Positions 1-14,254 of a stretch of DNA of 64,000 nucleotides are shown piece after piece; positions within the stretch are counted from its first letter, which is position 1, and the number at the start of each line of letters is the position of its first letter. The translations under genes were made by a program, and so were the position numbers. Source of the stretch: Octopus sinensis (Eukaryota); contig NC_043017.1 in NCBI RefSeq assembly GCF_006345805.1, forward strand, positions 30,814,001-30,878,000, given 5' to 3'. Under the pieces are notes generated by a model. It searched no databases. It saw nothing but the letters and a program-made list of their open reading frames with translations, and was not told the origin of the DNA.

Positions 1-899
1 AAAGGAAAGTATGTGCACTCAATCACACAAAGTGACATATGTGCGTATATATATTTCAACGATTTTTCTTCGCTGTTCTTTAGACTGAGCGATCTTTTTT
101 CCAGACCTAGTTGGTTCGAATTCGTGCATTCTTCTGTCACTTCGGTTCCCATCAAGGCCATAGGCAAACGTGTCATTATCTTTATGAAGAGGTGGCCTAT
201 ATTAGTTTGACCTCTACCCTTCGACTATTCCACAGATGTTCTAACAAAAGCTTGCGATCCGCTGGATCATTCACACACATGCCACACCACGGATAGAACT
301 AAATATGGCGGAGGATATATGTGTGTATGTGTTGTAATGTGTGGGGATCTTATGTGAAGTGTGTGAGTGTGTGTGAGAGAGTGTGCGTGTATCTGTGTGT
401 GTAGTCATATCTCTTAATTGAAAGGAACATACGTAATCGAACCCAAAATATCCAAAGTCTTGCTGTTGGAATTGATGGGATTGTCTGTGTAAATTAAAAT
501 AGAGGAAACTAAATATCACACAAATTGATTTTTTTCAACACCCAAGGGGACATGCTTCAAATCGATATTCACTGTTCGAACTGAAAAGATATTCTACCCG
601 TTACATATCACGTAATCGATCTTGCATTCGGAAGATGAAGTCATATCATAATGCAAAACATTTCGCTTTAAGATGATACATTGAATTTGACAAATGCAAA
701 GTTCTGCTACATCCGTTTTCCATATCTATCCAACTATGTGAAAACATATATAACAGCACAAAATGAGCTCCACTGATAAAAGAAATCTTAACCGATATCA
801 CATCAGCAATACTAGCTATGCAGTTGATGCTTGGTATTTGGAAACATACAAACCAAAATATCTTCACATTCATTTGACATAGTGCAGCAACTGGAGCAA

Positions 900-1400
900 A
901 TGTTCTCCTCTGTATCCCTGGGAATATCTCTAAACTACTCTTCTATCTTGGCTACCAAGTCGGTTCTGGTATTCTAAGCCCCGCACAAAAATTACAAACG
1001 GGGGATTTAGGAGGCCAGAAATTGGGGCAAAAAGAAGAATCCTGCTCTCACACTTCTGGATGTGCAGCAATCCTCTTCAACCAGGGATTAACCACAGTCT
1101 CCTGCAGTTTCCCGTGAGAGTCTGACTTAAGCCTAAAGCTCTTTTCAATGATGTACGGGCAAATCCCGTCGTGCATAGGCGGTAAGAGTGTCTCTTCCAG
1201 CCAGCTGGCCACGGCTTCGGAGTTTCCATTGCAGCTGTACATGACGCGTCTTACCACATTTCCAGTATTCACAAATCTCTGAGATGCCATGTTGTCGGCA
1301 TTCTGACACCCGGCACAAATTTTCATGATATACGAAATTCTTTTCCATTATTCAGAGAGAATCCAATCCTCCATGTCAGCTTTTTGTGAACTACAACTTT
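900..1400 (-). mobile_element. Degenerate Tc1/mariner-superfamily transposase relic (maT/DD37D-like)
   Basis: Minus strand 991-1023 reads NFWPPKSPVCN, matching the WPPNSPD(C/L)NP motif. ORF 1048-1326 contains PYIIEKSFRL...LQETVVNPWLKRIAA, resembling PxFFxxGLRV...LETVVKPW in maT transposases. Frameshifted; no TIR located. Confidence 0.6.
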
Positions 1401-2498
1401 AATAAATATATGTTCTCCGCTATCTATTCACCTATACATCAAACTTTTACTGAAAAAAGTAACATAAAATGTTGTCTAATTTAGGCCGATTACCCTGAAT
1501 ATATCCCAATTTAAATGGAAATTGATGATGTACAATATTTACTGCCTTATGTCGCGAGAAAATGTTTAATACTTTGACTTATTGTAAGTATGTTCACACT
1601 GTGAGCTGAGAACAACTGTGAATGTTATGGGCTGCGTGGCATTTATGATATATAGTACTAAATTGGAAAAGTGGATCGCATATTGCTGACGCTACTTTGT
1701 ATAGGGTATTTTCATTTCCTAATCCTTAAATTTTTTTAGGGAAACCTGTTTTGGTGCCAGACAATTTTACACAATGTAATTGTTTTAATGATTTCGTGAA
1801 TTGTTAGGCGGAAAAGTCCATATATGTTTTAGATGTTACTTTTGTTTAACGATTATACTTTTATTTAATTTCGATTGATCTCTTGCCAGAGTTCATAATT
1901 GAAGAGGAAGGGAACGATAATGACATTGATTGTAGAGAAAATCCACAGAAGAAATTAAGTCCACATAAATCTGCTTAAAAATTAGATTTCTGCAGAAATG
2001 TCAAATGACTCAAATGGCTTAAATGCTCTAAGAATTGTTAAAGCGATGTTTTGTATTTGCGTTATTCGAAGTACATAGAAATTAAATATTAATTTAAACT
2101 TAATTTAATATTTACAATAATGTGTGCATCTTACTTGCGAAACATGTCCAGAAAAAGAGGGAAATATTTAAAAGTATCGAAACTTGTCTAAACAATGAAT
2201 GTGATTGATTTACTGCAGTATTGTAATTCTTCATATACCATGGGTCGTGTAATTCTTCGGGAACTGAAAATCCGTTGGTGTTTGGTTATAATGCATGTCA
2301 TAATTAAAAAATTGTTAAGGAAAAGAACTTCGTATAATTATGTAGCATTTTTATACATAGATACAAAAGGAATATGTTTCATAATCTCATTCTTGGAAAA
2401 TACGTGAAACTTATCACCCTTATATTGGACAAACTATCTATGTATAAAAAAAAGCAGTCAAGATTTTCTTTATTGACCATTTAAAATGTTGAGGTATA

Positions 2499-2704
2499 CT
2501 CTTTAACTTATTTCATTCATGTGACTGTGGCCATGCTGGAGCACCGCCTTTAGTCGAGCAAAATCGACCCCAGGACTTATTCTTTGTAAGCCCAGTACTT
2601 ATTCTATCGGTCTCTTTTGCCGAACCGCTAAGATACGGGGACGTAAACACACCAGCATCGGTTGTCAAGCAATGCTAGGGGGACAAACACAGACACACAA
2701 GCAT

Positions 2705-2743
<39 letters not shown>

Positions 2744-2917
2744 AATATATATATATACGACAGGCTTCTTTCAGTTTCCGTCTACCAAATCTACTCACAA
2801 GGCATTGGTCGACCCGGGGCTATAGCAGAAGACACTTGCCAAAGGTGCCTCGCAGTGTGGACTGAACCCGGAACCATGTAGTTGGTAAGCAAGCTACTTA
2901 TCACACGGCCACTCCTG
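2499..2917 (-). mobile_element. SINE group A (tRNA-like head + internal CA/TA microsatellite + second module; octopus Twin/OR-like)
   Basis: Minus-strand head GGAGTGGC..GTG.TAAG (A box) and GGTTCAGTCC (B box). Near-identical to more than 10 other copies in the window. Confidence 0.9.
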
Positions 2918-3001
2918 AACTTTTATCGAAATCATTTGCCCAATGCTCTTACACACCTACGTCACACTTTTCGATAAAAGAGTTTGCTAGCAAGTGGTGG
3001 T

Positions 3002-3389
3002 GGAAGCACTCCGTCGGTTGCGACGACGAGGGTTCCGGTTGATCCGAATCAACGGAACAGCCTGCTCGTGAAATTAACGTGTAAGTGGCTGAGCACTCCA
3101 CAGACACGTGTATACCCTTAACGCAGTTCTCGGGGGATATTCAGCGTGACACAGAGAGTGACAAGGCCGGCTCCTTGAAATACAGGTACAACAGTAACAG
3201 GAAGTAAGAGTGAGAGAAAGTTGTGATGAAAGAGTACAGCAGGTATCACCACCATCCCCTGCCGGAGCCTCGTGGAGCTTTAAGGTGTTTTCGCTCAGTA
3301 AACACTCACAACGCCCGGTCTGGGAATCGAAACCGCTATCTAATGGCCGTGAGTCCGCTGCCCTAACCACTGGGCCATTGTGCCTCCAC
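3002..3389 (-). mobile_element. SINE group B (tRNA-Arg-like head), tail type 1
   Basis: Head GGCACAATGGCCCAGTGGTTAGGGCAGCGGACTC...TTCGATTCCC. Same element as 13854-14230 and 28045-28430. Confidence 0.9.
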
Positions 3390-5189
3390 GGTGACAAGTG
3401 GTAATAATGGGAGCAATAACAAACGTTGAATCTCTTTTGAGCAACAGAGATTCTTATCTCTGTACCAAATAATACATGACATTCAAGGCCTTAAAATGCA
3501 ACGCATAAAATATTCCGATCTTCTTCTTTAGAATAGGTGACAGAGAGTTCTAGTTTTCTTCTCTTTTTTACGAAATCGCCTGAAGAGATTTTGTTGAAAA
3601 TGTGATAATGTAGCATTGCTGTCATTGAAACAAGTTAATCGTCATGAAAAGAAAAAAAATGTTTACCCCCCCGGTGCACGATAGCAAGACTATTGAATCA
3701 GTGACAAAAGCTTGTTTTCGTATTTGCTTCTGCAACATGAGATGATATCTTAAACAACTACAACATTAGGTTTGAAGAATCCAAGTATGTTTAACATTTT
3801 CATCTTTCATTCTATCATATATAAATAAATAATACATTAAGTTCCAAGCTGAGAACTCATGAATTGAAGGGCTCATTTCCCCCATCAACAGCCCTGTGAA
3901 AGGTATATATTTTAAAATTTATTCAAGGGAGAATATAAAATAAAGCAAATATAACGCTGCTGAATATCAATGCTCCTCCCGTGACATTCCATTAACAGAA
4001 ATGCGTTGCGGACATTGATCTGAAAGCAATGAACAGGAATATGTTTCTTAAGGCATCCTTCTAGGATTTTGTATAAGAATCTTCACCATATATAGTCTAA
4101 TAATTTCAGTTACAACATTTAAATATCGATACATCCTTTTGAGCAAGGAAGCACGTTCACGTAGTGGCAAGCATTTGTGTCTTTGATCCGGAATATGTGT
4201 CTCTAGAGCAGTCATATTAAATTAGACTAATTAGACTTCAAATTCCCTAACATAATTCATGAAAAAAAAATCATAAATTTATTACTACCGATTGGCTGGA
4301 GATGCCTAAAAGGGAAATTTGAGAATCAGAATAAAACTGGAATTATTTTGATAGACAAAAATATGGAGATATATTTGGTTTCTCAATTCTATTAAAAGGA
4401 ATAATTTTAGTAAAATTCTTTCTTTCTTCTGTTCGAATAGCAATGTTGTTTGCTTTGATAAACAATATAATGATATAAAATTGTTAATGGAAAATTAGGA
4501 AACGTAAAATTACTTATTAATTGGAAAGGTAACAAAACAAAACAGCATCTATAAAATGGTTACTGAAATAAAATTTTATAAAAATGTTGGAATTTGATTG
4601 CTTAGCAAACTCTTAATAAAATTAACTTAACTGCATGATTTTCAAATTCAATTTGGTAAAACCAAAGGAACTTTTAGTAAATTTTCGAAAATTATTTGTT
4701 AAAGAATTTGTCAGTCCTATTATTCCTTACAATATATAGATAAGGAAGAAGTAGAAAGGAGTTGTGACTCAGTCAAATGCTGATTGAAAGAATAGAGAAC
4801 TAATAAAGTAATGTTGGAATTTGCATCTTGAGAATTCTGCGAAGGTTAACAGGGTGCTTCACTGAGTTGTAAACAATGACAAATGCTGATTTATTCACAG
4901 GTATATTACTGATTATTACTCCCTGTGATGTTTTATTCCTTGGAATTACCACAATTGTCCTATAATCCACACATAAGGATTTGCATAACCCGAACGATGC
5001 AAGAAGTACTTTGCAGTGAGAATCCATGCTCAGTAGGTGAAGATTATGATATATTTACTGAATCATTAGAGTGTCCGATAAGAGGTCTTCCGTTCTACGT
5101 TCATTTTACTACCAAAGGTGACTATAGTTTGCATCTATTTGAAATCGGTCAAATAGGTATAAATGCTTATATTCATGTAATCGAATAGG

Positions 5190-5536
5190 AATCAGCATGA
5201 CGCCTGAGCCACGATGGCTTGGACTGCTCTTCAGTATTATGTTATGGGATATATGTAAGCAGATAAGGCCGAAAATGTCGCTAGAATCTAGGATCACCAA
5301 GCATACATTGGCATATTATGCAGAGAAAACCTCTGGAGAAGGACATCATGCTCGGAATGGTCAGTGGCAAGAGAGGAAGAGGCTGACCAAGAACCTGCTG
5401 GCTTGACACCATCAAGAGTGATACCGGAATGGACATAGCCAATCTGAAAGAAGCGGCCCAGGATAGAATTGACTGGAGGACACTGATCTAACGAGTGACC
5501 GAGAGTCGACTTCGACTGAGCGGATAGAGAGAGAGA
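5190..5536 (+). mobile_element. 3' end of an RTE-clade LINE (5' truncated)
   Basis: Frameshifted translation MSLESRITK...LEKDIMLGMVSGKRGRG.PRTCWLDTIKSDTGMDIANLKEAAQDRIDWR matches the RTE ORF C-terminus. Ends in (GA)n. Confidence 0.8.
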
Positions 5537-6976
5537 TATGTAAGGAGAGCTGGATTAGTCGCATCCAAAAGGAGGAGCAGCATGTTCACTCAGTGTTATT
5601 AAGTTATATTTGGAAAAAGAAACGTCGCCGGCGATTTTTATGTTAACACCGATGGCGACGGCTGGGATGAAGAAACATAAATACATCACTAGGGTTCTTG
5701 TATTTTAATTCAGTTATAGCAAGTACAAAGTAGTAATTTCATTTGCAGTTTGCTTCATCATTAACGACAATAACTCTATGAGATTCTATGATGAAGGGAA
5801 TGAAATCATTTGATCATCGTTTTTCCCATCAAAATCTGACGTTGATCTAACCAGCAACACTGAATATTCTGTCAGTAAAGGGAATAACGGTCGTGGTACG
5901 GCACTAATTTTCCTGTGTCAGGGAATGTATGGAAGTCTGTCTAAGAAAAAAGTCACCACTTCAAGAGTGTTTCGAATTCTATTTGCAAAACCATATATAT
6001 TATGTTGTGTCTGGGGAAAGTTATTCTCATTTTGTGCATTATTATTTAACACACTCACCGGTAAAATTTCCACTTATTTCTGATTTTTATTTTCTAAAAT
6101 TTTCGTTGCGTCTTGCAACCTTTTCAATAGTCTTGACTCTCTAATAAGGCACTAAAAGAGACTGACTCTCCCGAGACACAACAGAGTATGCTTCAACACA
6201 CGAACTCATATAAAGAATCTTGCAAACCAAATCCCAAAACGACATATATATATATTCTGTTCTTAATTTATCACTCTCCATCAGCATTGAGATAACTGAT
6301 ACTATGACTATGTGTCTAGGAAGAAGTCGTAATGAATGCTTCACTCAGTTTCCACATGCATCTGGATCTTCTAAAGATCGGTAAATATCATTTTCTGAAC
6401 CTTAATCCTTATTGCAAATTACTCTAATCAGCCTCTCGTACGAGACATTTACTTTTCAATTCACTCTGACACTTCATTACAAATCGCCCTCATCCATACT
6501 CTGTGTACATCTCTCCCTTTGTCTGTCTCTCCGTCTATCTAATTGATTATGTTCTCTTCAACAATCGGGGTGCTGTAGGGGAATGGAAAACTATTCTCAA
6601 GCGGAGTACAAAACATTCTGATTATTGCTGCCCTCATGGCGAAAGGTGCCAGTAATGTCTATGTTATAAGAGGTCTGCTGCTGTAGACCCTTTCTCACAA
6701 TGAGCCACTATGCATGGACGACTGCTGGCCTTCCATAAACAACCTTGCTCGGACTTGTCCCTAGGAGGGTAACGTTCTAGGTGCAATACCATGGTTAGTC
6801 ATGAACGAAGGGAGTCTCAGCAGATATAGAAAGAGGGGGGAGTGAGAGAGAGATACAGACATCCAGAAAGAGAGCAAAAGGGAGATATGTACTTAGAGTT
6901 ATGTACGTATCAATATATATGCACAGACGCATAACACTGTTTATTTATTTTTAAGAAATATTGCGTAGGAGTGACC

Positions 6977-7369
6977 TAGGAGTGGCTGTGTGGTAAGTAG
7001 CTTGCTTACGAACTACATGGTTCCGGGTTCAGTCCCACTGCGTGGCACCTTGTGCAAGTGTCTTCTACTATAGCCTCGGGCCTACCAAAACCTTGTGAGT
7101 GGAGTTGGTAGACGTCGTATATATGTGTATATATATATATGTATGTGTGTGTTTGTGTGTCAGTGTTTGTCCCCCCAACATTGCTTGACAACCGATGCTG
7201 GTGTATTTACGTCCCCGTAACCTAGCGGTTCAGCAAAAGGGACCGATGGAATAAGCACTAGGCTTGTAAAGAATAAGTCCTGGGATCGATTTGCTCGTCT
7301 AAAGGCGGTGCTCCAGCATGGCCAGTGTCAAAATGACTGCAACAAGTAAAAAGAGAAAAGAGTAAAGAG
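6977..7369 (+). mobile_element. SINE group A
   Basis: Head, internal TA/TG tract, second module and (TAAAAGAG)-like tail are all present. Confidence 0.9.
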
Positions 7370-8735
7370 TATATATTTTTTTTACACATTTCATATCCAT
7401 AGTTAAAAACATTCTCCATCGTCATTAATAATTTACATTTCGGAATGGTTTTGTGCGTAAACACGTGCTATATATATTTTTTTATGCTTATATGTTGTAT
7501 TTCATATATGAAAATGCTTGCTTGTGTGTATGTAGAATATGTTTGTATGTGCATATAAGTCTGCGTGTCTGTGTATGTCAATGTATATATGCATGTTTTC
7601 ATATATGTTTATACATATTTAAACGTGTATATAATTTCCTTTTTCTTATATGTCCATTAATATATGCATTACTAATGAACATTCGACATGGAAGATTAAC
7701 AAAAATAAGAAACACGCACTGTGCTTTCAAATGTTCAACAAAACATATATTTTTTAATGATTTCCATTCAACCTTATCTTCCTTTTCTTTTCATGGTTTT
7801 TCAAGTTTATAGATGTTTATGTGATCAGTGTTTTCGTATGCCTCCATCACGAATTTCTCATACAAAAGGAAGCAGCCGTGCCGATGTTTTACTTGTAGCA
7901 AGTATATATTTAAAACATAATGATATTTTAAATATACTGTCAAAAGAAGTAGTTTTCGTCCTTCCTTGTTGCTTTTGTTATCGAGTATTACAATAGCTTA
8001 CTCAACAAGGTGATGGAATATGTTAAGGTCTTATAAGCAAGTTAATTTCCTCCCCTCCGTATCATGAGTATTTAAAATACTGATAATAGATTTTTAATAA
8101 GTAGTATTTGTTAGAATATTAAAATTCCTTTAACTGTATCCTGTATCCTGTAAATACACAAGGTAGATTATCGCCATGATAATATAACCAAACTACGCCT
8201 TTTAGAACTTTTTATCATAAAATGAGATAGAAACATTTAAGCCGGCATCTACTTCAAGTCAATAGATTCGAAATATCATCTGGTATTTTCTTTGTCTTCC
8301 AAACATGCAGTAATAAATATACATTTTAACCTGACAGGAAGAATCTGCACAGTTGTATCCAAGGATTACACTCAGCACAAAGAGCTTAAAAATTTATTCA
8401 TCGAAAGACAACGTTCATGAATAAAAGAATGCAACACTCAGAATCGAGAGAAAAGCAAGAAGTTCAAGAAGTAACAAAACAAAACTCCCCTGATACATTT
8501 AATATTTTATCGTGTATACAAACACGCGGTCCGAGAAACACGGAAGTATGCCACGTCATCTCTCAGATTATCCTTCTTTCGATGAATGATGCACAAATAA
8601 AAAAAAAATGTTCATTTATTTGCGCCTCATTTCTGGATCCTTTTCAAGGAAAATGATCTAGGACCCGCGTTGCATCCCAGTTCACTGACTCAACGCCAGT
8701 TTTCACAGCGTTGGATGTAGATTATAATATAATCG

Positions 8736-9235
8736 CCTTTAGTCGAGCAAATCGACCCCGGGACTTATTCTTTTGTAAGCCCAGTACTTATTCTATCGGT
8801 GGTCTTTTGCCGAACTGCTAAGTAACGGGGACGTAAACACATAACCATCGGTTGTCAGCAATGCTAGGGGCACAAACACATACACACAAGCACATACACA
8901 CACACACATATACACATAAATACGACAGGCTTCTTTCAGTTTCCGTCTACCAAATACACTCACAAGGCTTTGGTCGGCCCGGGGCTATAGCAGAAGACAC
9001 TTGCCCAAGATGCCACGCAGTGGGACTGAACCCGAAACCATGTGGTTGGTTAGCAAGCTACTTACCACACAGCCACTCCTCCGCCTATATGTCTATATAG
9101 GGCATTGGTCGGCCCGGGACTATAGCAGAAGATACTTGCCCAAGATGCCACGCGGTGAGACAGAACCCGGAACCATGTGGTTGGTTAGGAAGCTACTTAC
9201 CACACAGCCACTCCTGCGCCTCTATGTCTATATTT
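8736..9235 (-). mobile_element. SINE group A with tandemly duplicated head
   Basis: Body 8736-9085. The head plus TATGTCTATAT flank is repeated at about 9100-9235. Confidence 0.85.
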
Positions 9236-9822
9236 AAAGTATAAGCGTAAGTTTTGTAGTCAATCTCTCCGTTGTATTAGACGACTATCAATGGATACTC
9301 CACTGTTTCCGACATCCAGGAAGTCAGGCGTCATGATGAAATTCAAATAAAAGCTGAAGGAAATATTTTCAACAGATTTCAATTTGTCTTTATGTTTAAG
9401 AATTTATGTCAAATCAATTTCAAATCCAATACCAATTGCTATAGAGAGATAAGGTAATAGTGAACAAGTAGAATTTCGAAGGGGGAACCTATACTGACAT
9501 AACACAACAGGTGTATATATCTAAATTGAAGTGTTCCGCTATAGAAGGCAACAGCTTTAGATTTATACTTGAACGATGCTGGTTACACATTGTGGAAGCC
9601 TAATTATTAGTAAAGAGATGGCCTTCCTCATGCGGCAAATGTAAGCAAATGTAAGCATATCCACTAAAGTTCTAAATTAAAACACGAGATTAAGAGCCAG
9701 TTCTTGTGATAGTCTCTCTAAGTTCTATATACTATCTGTCTGTCTATCTGTCTCTCTGTCTTTTATCTATCTAGTTATTCATTTATTGAATAAGCAGATA
9801 TTTGTCTGTCTGTCTGTGCCTC

Positions 9823-9875
<53 letters not shown>

Positions 9876-9887
9876 TATATATATATA

Positions 9888-10114
9888 CCGGAGTAAACAC
9901 ATAGATGTGAAACAAGGTGGAAAAAAGAGTACTCAAATACCAGTGGTAGAGTAATATGCTTTATTTTAAGCAGCAGAAAATTCAACAAAATCTGTACTCT
10001 GAGTTTCTCGTTGCGTTCATCAGACAGTTTTTGCTAGCAAAAACTGTCTGATGAACGGCAACAAGAAACTCAGAGTAACAGATTTTGTTGAATTTTCTGC
10101 TGCTTAAAATAAAG
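9888..10114. mobile_element. Penelope-like fold-back relic with hammerhead-like core, in (TA)n
   Basis: Inverted repeat 9959-10114 centred at 10035/10036. Right arm reads CTGT-CTGATGA-...-GAAAC-TCAGA-GTA-ACAG. TA tracts on both sides. Confidence 0.7.
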
Positions 10115-10599
10115 TATATATATATATGTATATATTATATATATATATACAACATGAGAACATCGTATACGGCGTATAGTTCTAAGAGCACACACGAATA
10201 TAGCTGGCAACGGAGAAACGTTTATCATGGATGCTGAAACAGCCACATAGCGCGATTTCAGCATCAATGCGCTTCTTCAGTGGGAGGTGCTCTCTCAACA
10301 CATTCCACCCATTTCGGCGTTGTAAAAATACAATTTCCAGATATACAGATTGCTAAACGGTATCAATACTGTTTCTGACGCTTATATACGTCAGATTATC
10401 GATAATGGCACGAAATTATGTTTGATACCCTGGTAGATAACTAATGAGGAATTTGTGACCAGTGTTTCTCCTCCGCCCATCTGTGCCTTTGTGCACTTAG
10501 TGCATTTGTATGTCCTTTCATCTGTTTTTTTGCTACTATAACTTTTGAATTCTGAAAATATTATTGACGTAACACAACGCACTCTTTTGACACTATTCA

Positions 10600-10616
10600 T
10601 ATAAGTATATATGTAT

Positions 10617-10700
<84 letters not shown>

Positions 10701-10880
10701 TATATATATTTCTCTCCTTGTTTTTTTTTTCTGTGTCCCTTTCTGTAGAAGAGCGTAGGCTCGAAACGTAAAATACTTTTTCTATTCTATTCCTGAGCGG
10801 TATACTAATACATCTGTTTGTTTTGTACACCACCTGTCTTCGTCTTTTGTTTTTCTCGTGAACTCTCCCTATATATATAC

Positions 10881-10951
<71 letters not shown>

Positions 10952-11009
10952 ATATATATATAGTATATATATATATGTATGTATGTATGTATGTATATAT
11001 ATAGGGACA

Positions 11010-11054
<45 letters not shown>

Positions 11055-11060
11055 ATGTAT
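10600..11060. repeat. (TA)n/(TATG)n microsatellite tracts
   Basis: Directly visible. Interrupted by the element at 10703-10870. Confidence 0.95.
10703..10870 (+). mobile_element. Penelope-like pLTR relic with variant hammerhead (CTGTAGA core)
   Basis: TTT-CTGTAGA-A-GAGC-GTAG-GCTC-GAAAC-GTA-AAA at 10740-10773. Homologous to 19630-19790 and 52925-53105. Confidence 0.65.
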
Positions 11061-11736
11061 GTATTGTATGTGCATATGTCGTTCTGATGGGTCAGTTTAT
11101 GCATTAAAACTTTGTGGTTTGACAAATAGCAAATAATGAAGCAAGGGACCGTGATAAGTGCTGCGTTTAATATGGAACCACAGACCCTTCAGAATGATCT
11201 CCAACGAAGCTGCATTTCTATTACTGAAACCAGGTACACACTAAAACGATGCGCAATATACGTATTTAACAATCTTTTGCCTCAATAATATGCTTCTGGA
11301 TATAGAAGTGGTACAGATATGTGTTCGGTTAGGGGCAGCGTAGACTTTAATGGTCAACATAAAGAGCAGAAGGGATAAACATGAAAGTCGTAATCGATAA
11401 TCAAGAACACACAACGTAATCTTAAACTAATCCTACCTACCTCTGAACTGTATAGAAATGTAATTTAAGATGTTCATTTATTCAAAAATATCTACATCAG
11501 TTCACGGTAAATGTTTCTTTAAAGTAATATGACCCATGCCAATATTTGGCTTAGAATTATGCCGGCCGGCATTAATAGATTATGACAATCTTTTGGGAAG
11601 TTTTATACATTTCAAAGTGTCTTTTTTTTATCTGATATCTTTTATATAACGCACACTACTATACTATATACTTGCATACATTCACATACATTTACACACA
11701 CACACTGATTGAGACAAAAGCGCGCAAGTATATATG

Positions 11737-12120
<384 letters not shown>

Positions 12121-13853
12121 CCTGTGTGTGTATGTGTTTGTAAGTATTTCTCCAAATCAATAGAACCATAAACAAAGATATCAACACGCTTCCAATTTGA
12201 AATTTATACATTAGTTCTCTTATCTAAAGTAGGAAATATTAACTGAAGAATCATTGTTTTTGTTTTGATGTTTTGTTTGTTTTGTTCCATTATTTTTATT
12301 ATGTTTTCCATGCCGCTTTTATCAGACTTAGTACAATCTCTCCAAATGATGGTGCCCGCTTAGTTTTGCACAATTGAAAACTACATTGAAAGTCAGCGAG
12401 CCGAAAACAGAAAGAGCGAAGTAGTCTATCGATTATTGTCTTGAAGATGTCAGCAATATTGAGGAAGTGAGGAGTGGACTATAAACTGGAATAAACCGAA
12501 GTTTTAGCAGCCATTTCAATGTGGGTGGCAAAGTTCGGAAGTCAGCATTCAAAGAAGCGAAAACTAAACTATAGAAATGTTGTGGTCAATCCAGCAGTGC
12601 CTATTTAATGAAAGAATATACAAACAATATCCACATATAGTTTCTATTCATACTGAAATGGCGAATGACCTTTCCTCTCAACTAACTCTGACTTTGTATC
12701 TATACTTGCAAACACAGATTTTGGTAAGAGCCATTCTTTTCACGTACTTTCTCAGGTGTATCTCAATAGATTGCAGACGTATTCAATAGCTATCATCTGA
12801 AACATAATAAATCTGAATGTTATTGTTTAAGAACATATTAATAAAACAGCAGTAATGGACGAGCTTTAAATTTAGTATCTTTATTTATGTAGACAAACAA
12901 ACATACTTTGATTATTTTGTTTGAAAATATTGGGCCCAATAAAACTGAGATTATGATGGGTAAGTTGGGTAGCTGTACTAGCATTAGCTTCTATACAACA
13001 TGAAAGTTAAAATTTGCTACTAGTCTACTTTATTATTTAATAACCAATACTGAATACTTTCCCACCTTTCAGACAAAGATGAAATAGATTAAATAATGTT
13101 GTTTCTTACCATATTTCTTTGAAATTGAATTGGGCTGGACACAAAAAAGGATGTCATAAACTGTAGGACAAAGAAGCTGACGGAAAGGATTTAAAGAGAC
13201 CACACCGTATCAAAGGACAACCATTAAGAAATTAAATGGAGGCATGATATAGATTATACAAAAATTGGAGACGAAAACTAAACAGAATAAATTACAGGAA
13301 AATTTTCTTTTTTAAAAGATGGCCTTTAGCTATTAGTGAAAAGATATCGGCTGATTTGGTTGACTGATGTCATACAACTATTTTAAGAAACTTTAGAAGT
13401 GATAATAAAATACTTTCATTCTTATAGCACTCTGGCAGTACTGTATGATGGATTTTTATTTCACGAATCGAGGTCATTTCTAGGTTTTACCTTCAAAGTT
13501 TTCCAAATGAAAAAGTTGAGAATTTATGTAGGTGTTGCATATATCACAAAATTATTGATTATTTATGAAAATGCTGTCATTGCGATTGACTTGTAGTATT
13601 AATTGTTGATGAGCTTGTGTCTTTGATTTCGATTCCTACAAGGGTTGTTTGGTCAAGTATCGTCATGCATGCCTTACGGAAAACAACATACGCTTAATAT
13701 TTTATTTCGTGTAAGGAGACAATAAAGTGTTCAAAACCTCATGGAAATTATACCTACATAGGCCACTATTGCACTCAACAGTTTATTCAGTTAAAATTAT
13801 AGAGGAAGCTAAAACGTGTGTTAATATTGCAGTAGTAGTAGTAGTACACCAAA

Positions 13854-14230
13854 GTGGAGACGCAATGGCCCAGTGGTTAGGGCAGCGGACACGCGGCCGT
13901 AGGATCGCGGTTTCGATTCCCAGACCGGGCGTTGTGAGTGTTTATTGAGCGAAAACACCTAAAGCTCCACGAGGCTCCGGCAGGGGATGGTGGCGATCCC
14001 TGCTGTACTCTTTCACCACAACTTTCTCTTACTTCCTGTTTCTGTTGTACCTGTATTTCAAAGGGCCGGCCTTGTCACTCTCTGTGTCACGTTGAATGTC
14101 CCCGAGAACTACGTTAAGGGTACACGTGTCTGTGGAGTGCTCAGCCACTTACACGTTAATTTCACGAGCAGGCTGTTCCGTTGAGCGGATCAACCGGAAC
14201 CCTCGTCGTCGGAACCGACGGAGTGCTTCC
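13854..14230 (+). mobile_element. SINE group B, tail type 1
   Basis: tRNA-like head. 3' end GGAACCCTCGTCGTCGGAACCGACGGAGTGCTTCC. Confidence 0.9.
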
Positions 14231-14254
14231 CCAGTACATCAAAACATCATTTTT

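Noticed and set aside
2662-2881. Recurrent ORFs such as MSSNARGTNTDT... and RRASFSFRLPNPLTRHWSARG...
   Set aside because: SINE group A read-through, repeated at every copy.
6570-6830. Segment resembling a retroelement 3' tail
   Set aside because: Single copy in the window with no diagnostic motif, so it cannot be supported without a search.
13854-13925. tRNA genes at SINE heads
   Set aside because: A/B boxes are present but there is no complete cloverleaf, and they continue into SINE bodies.
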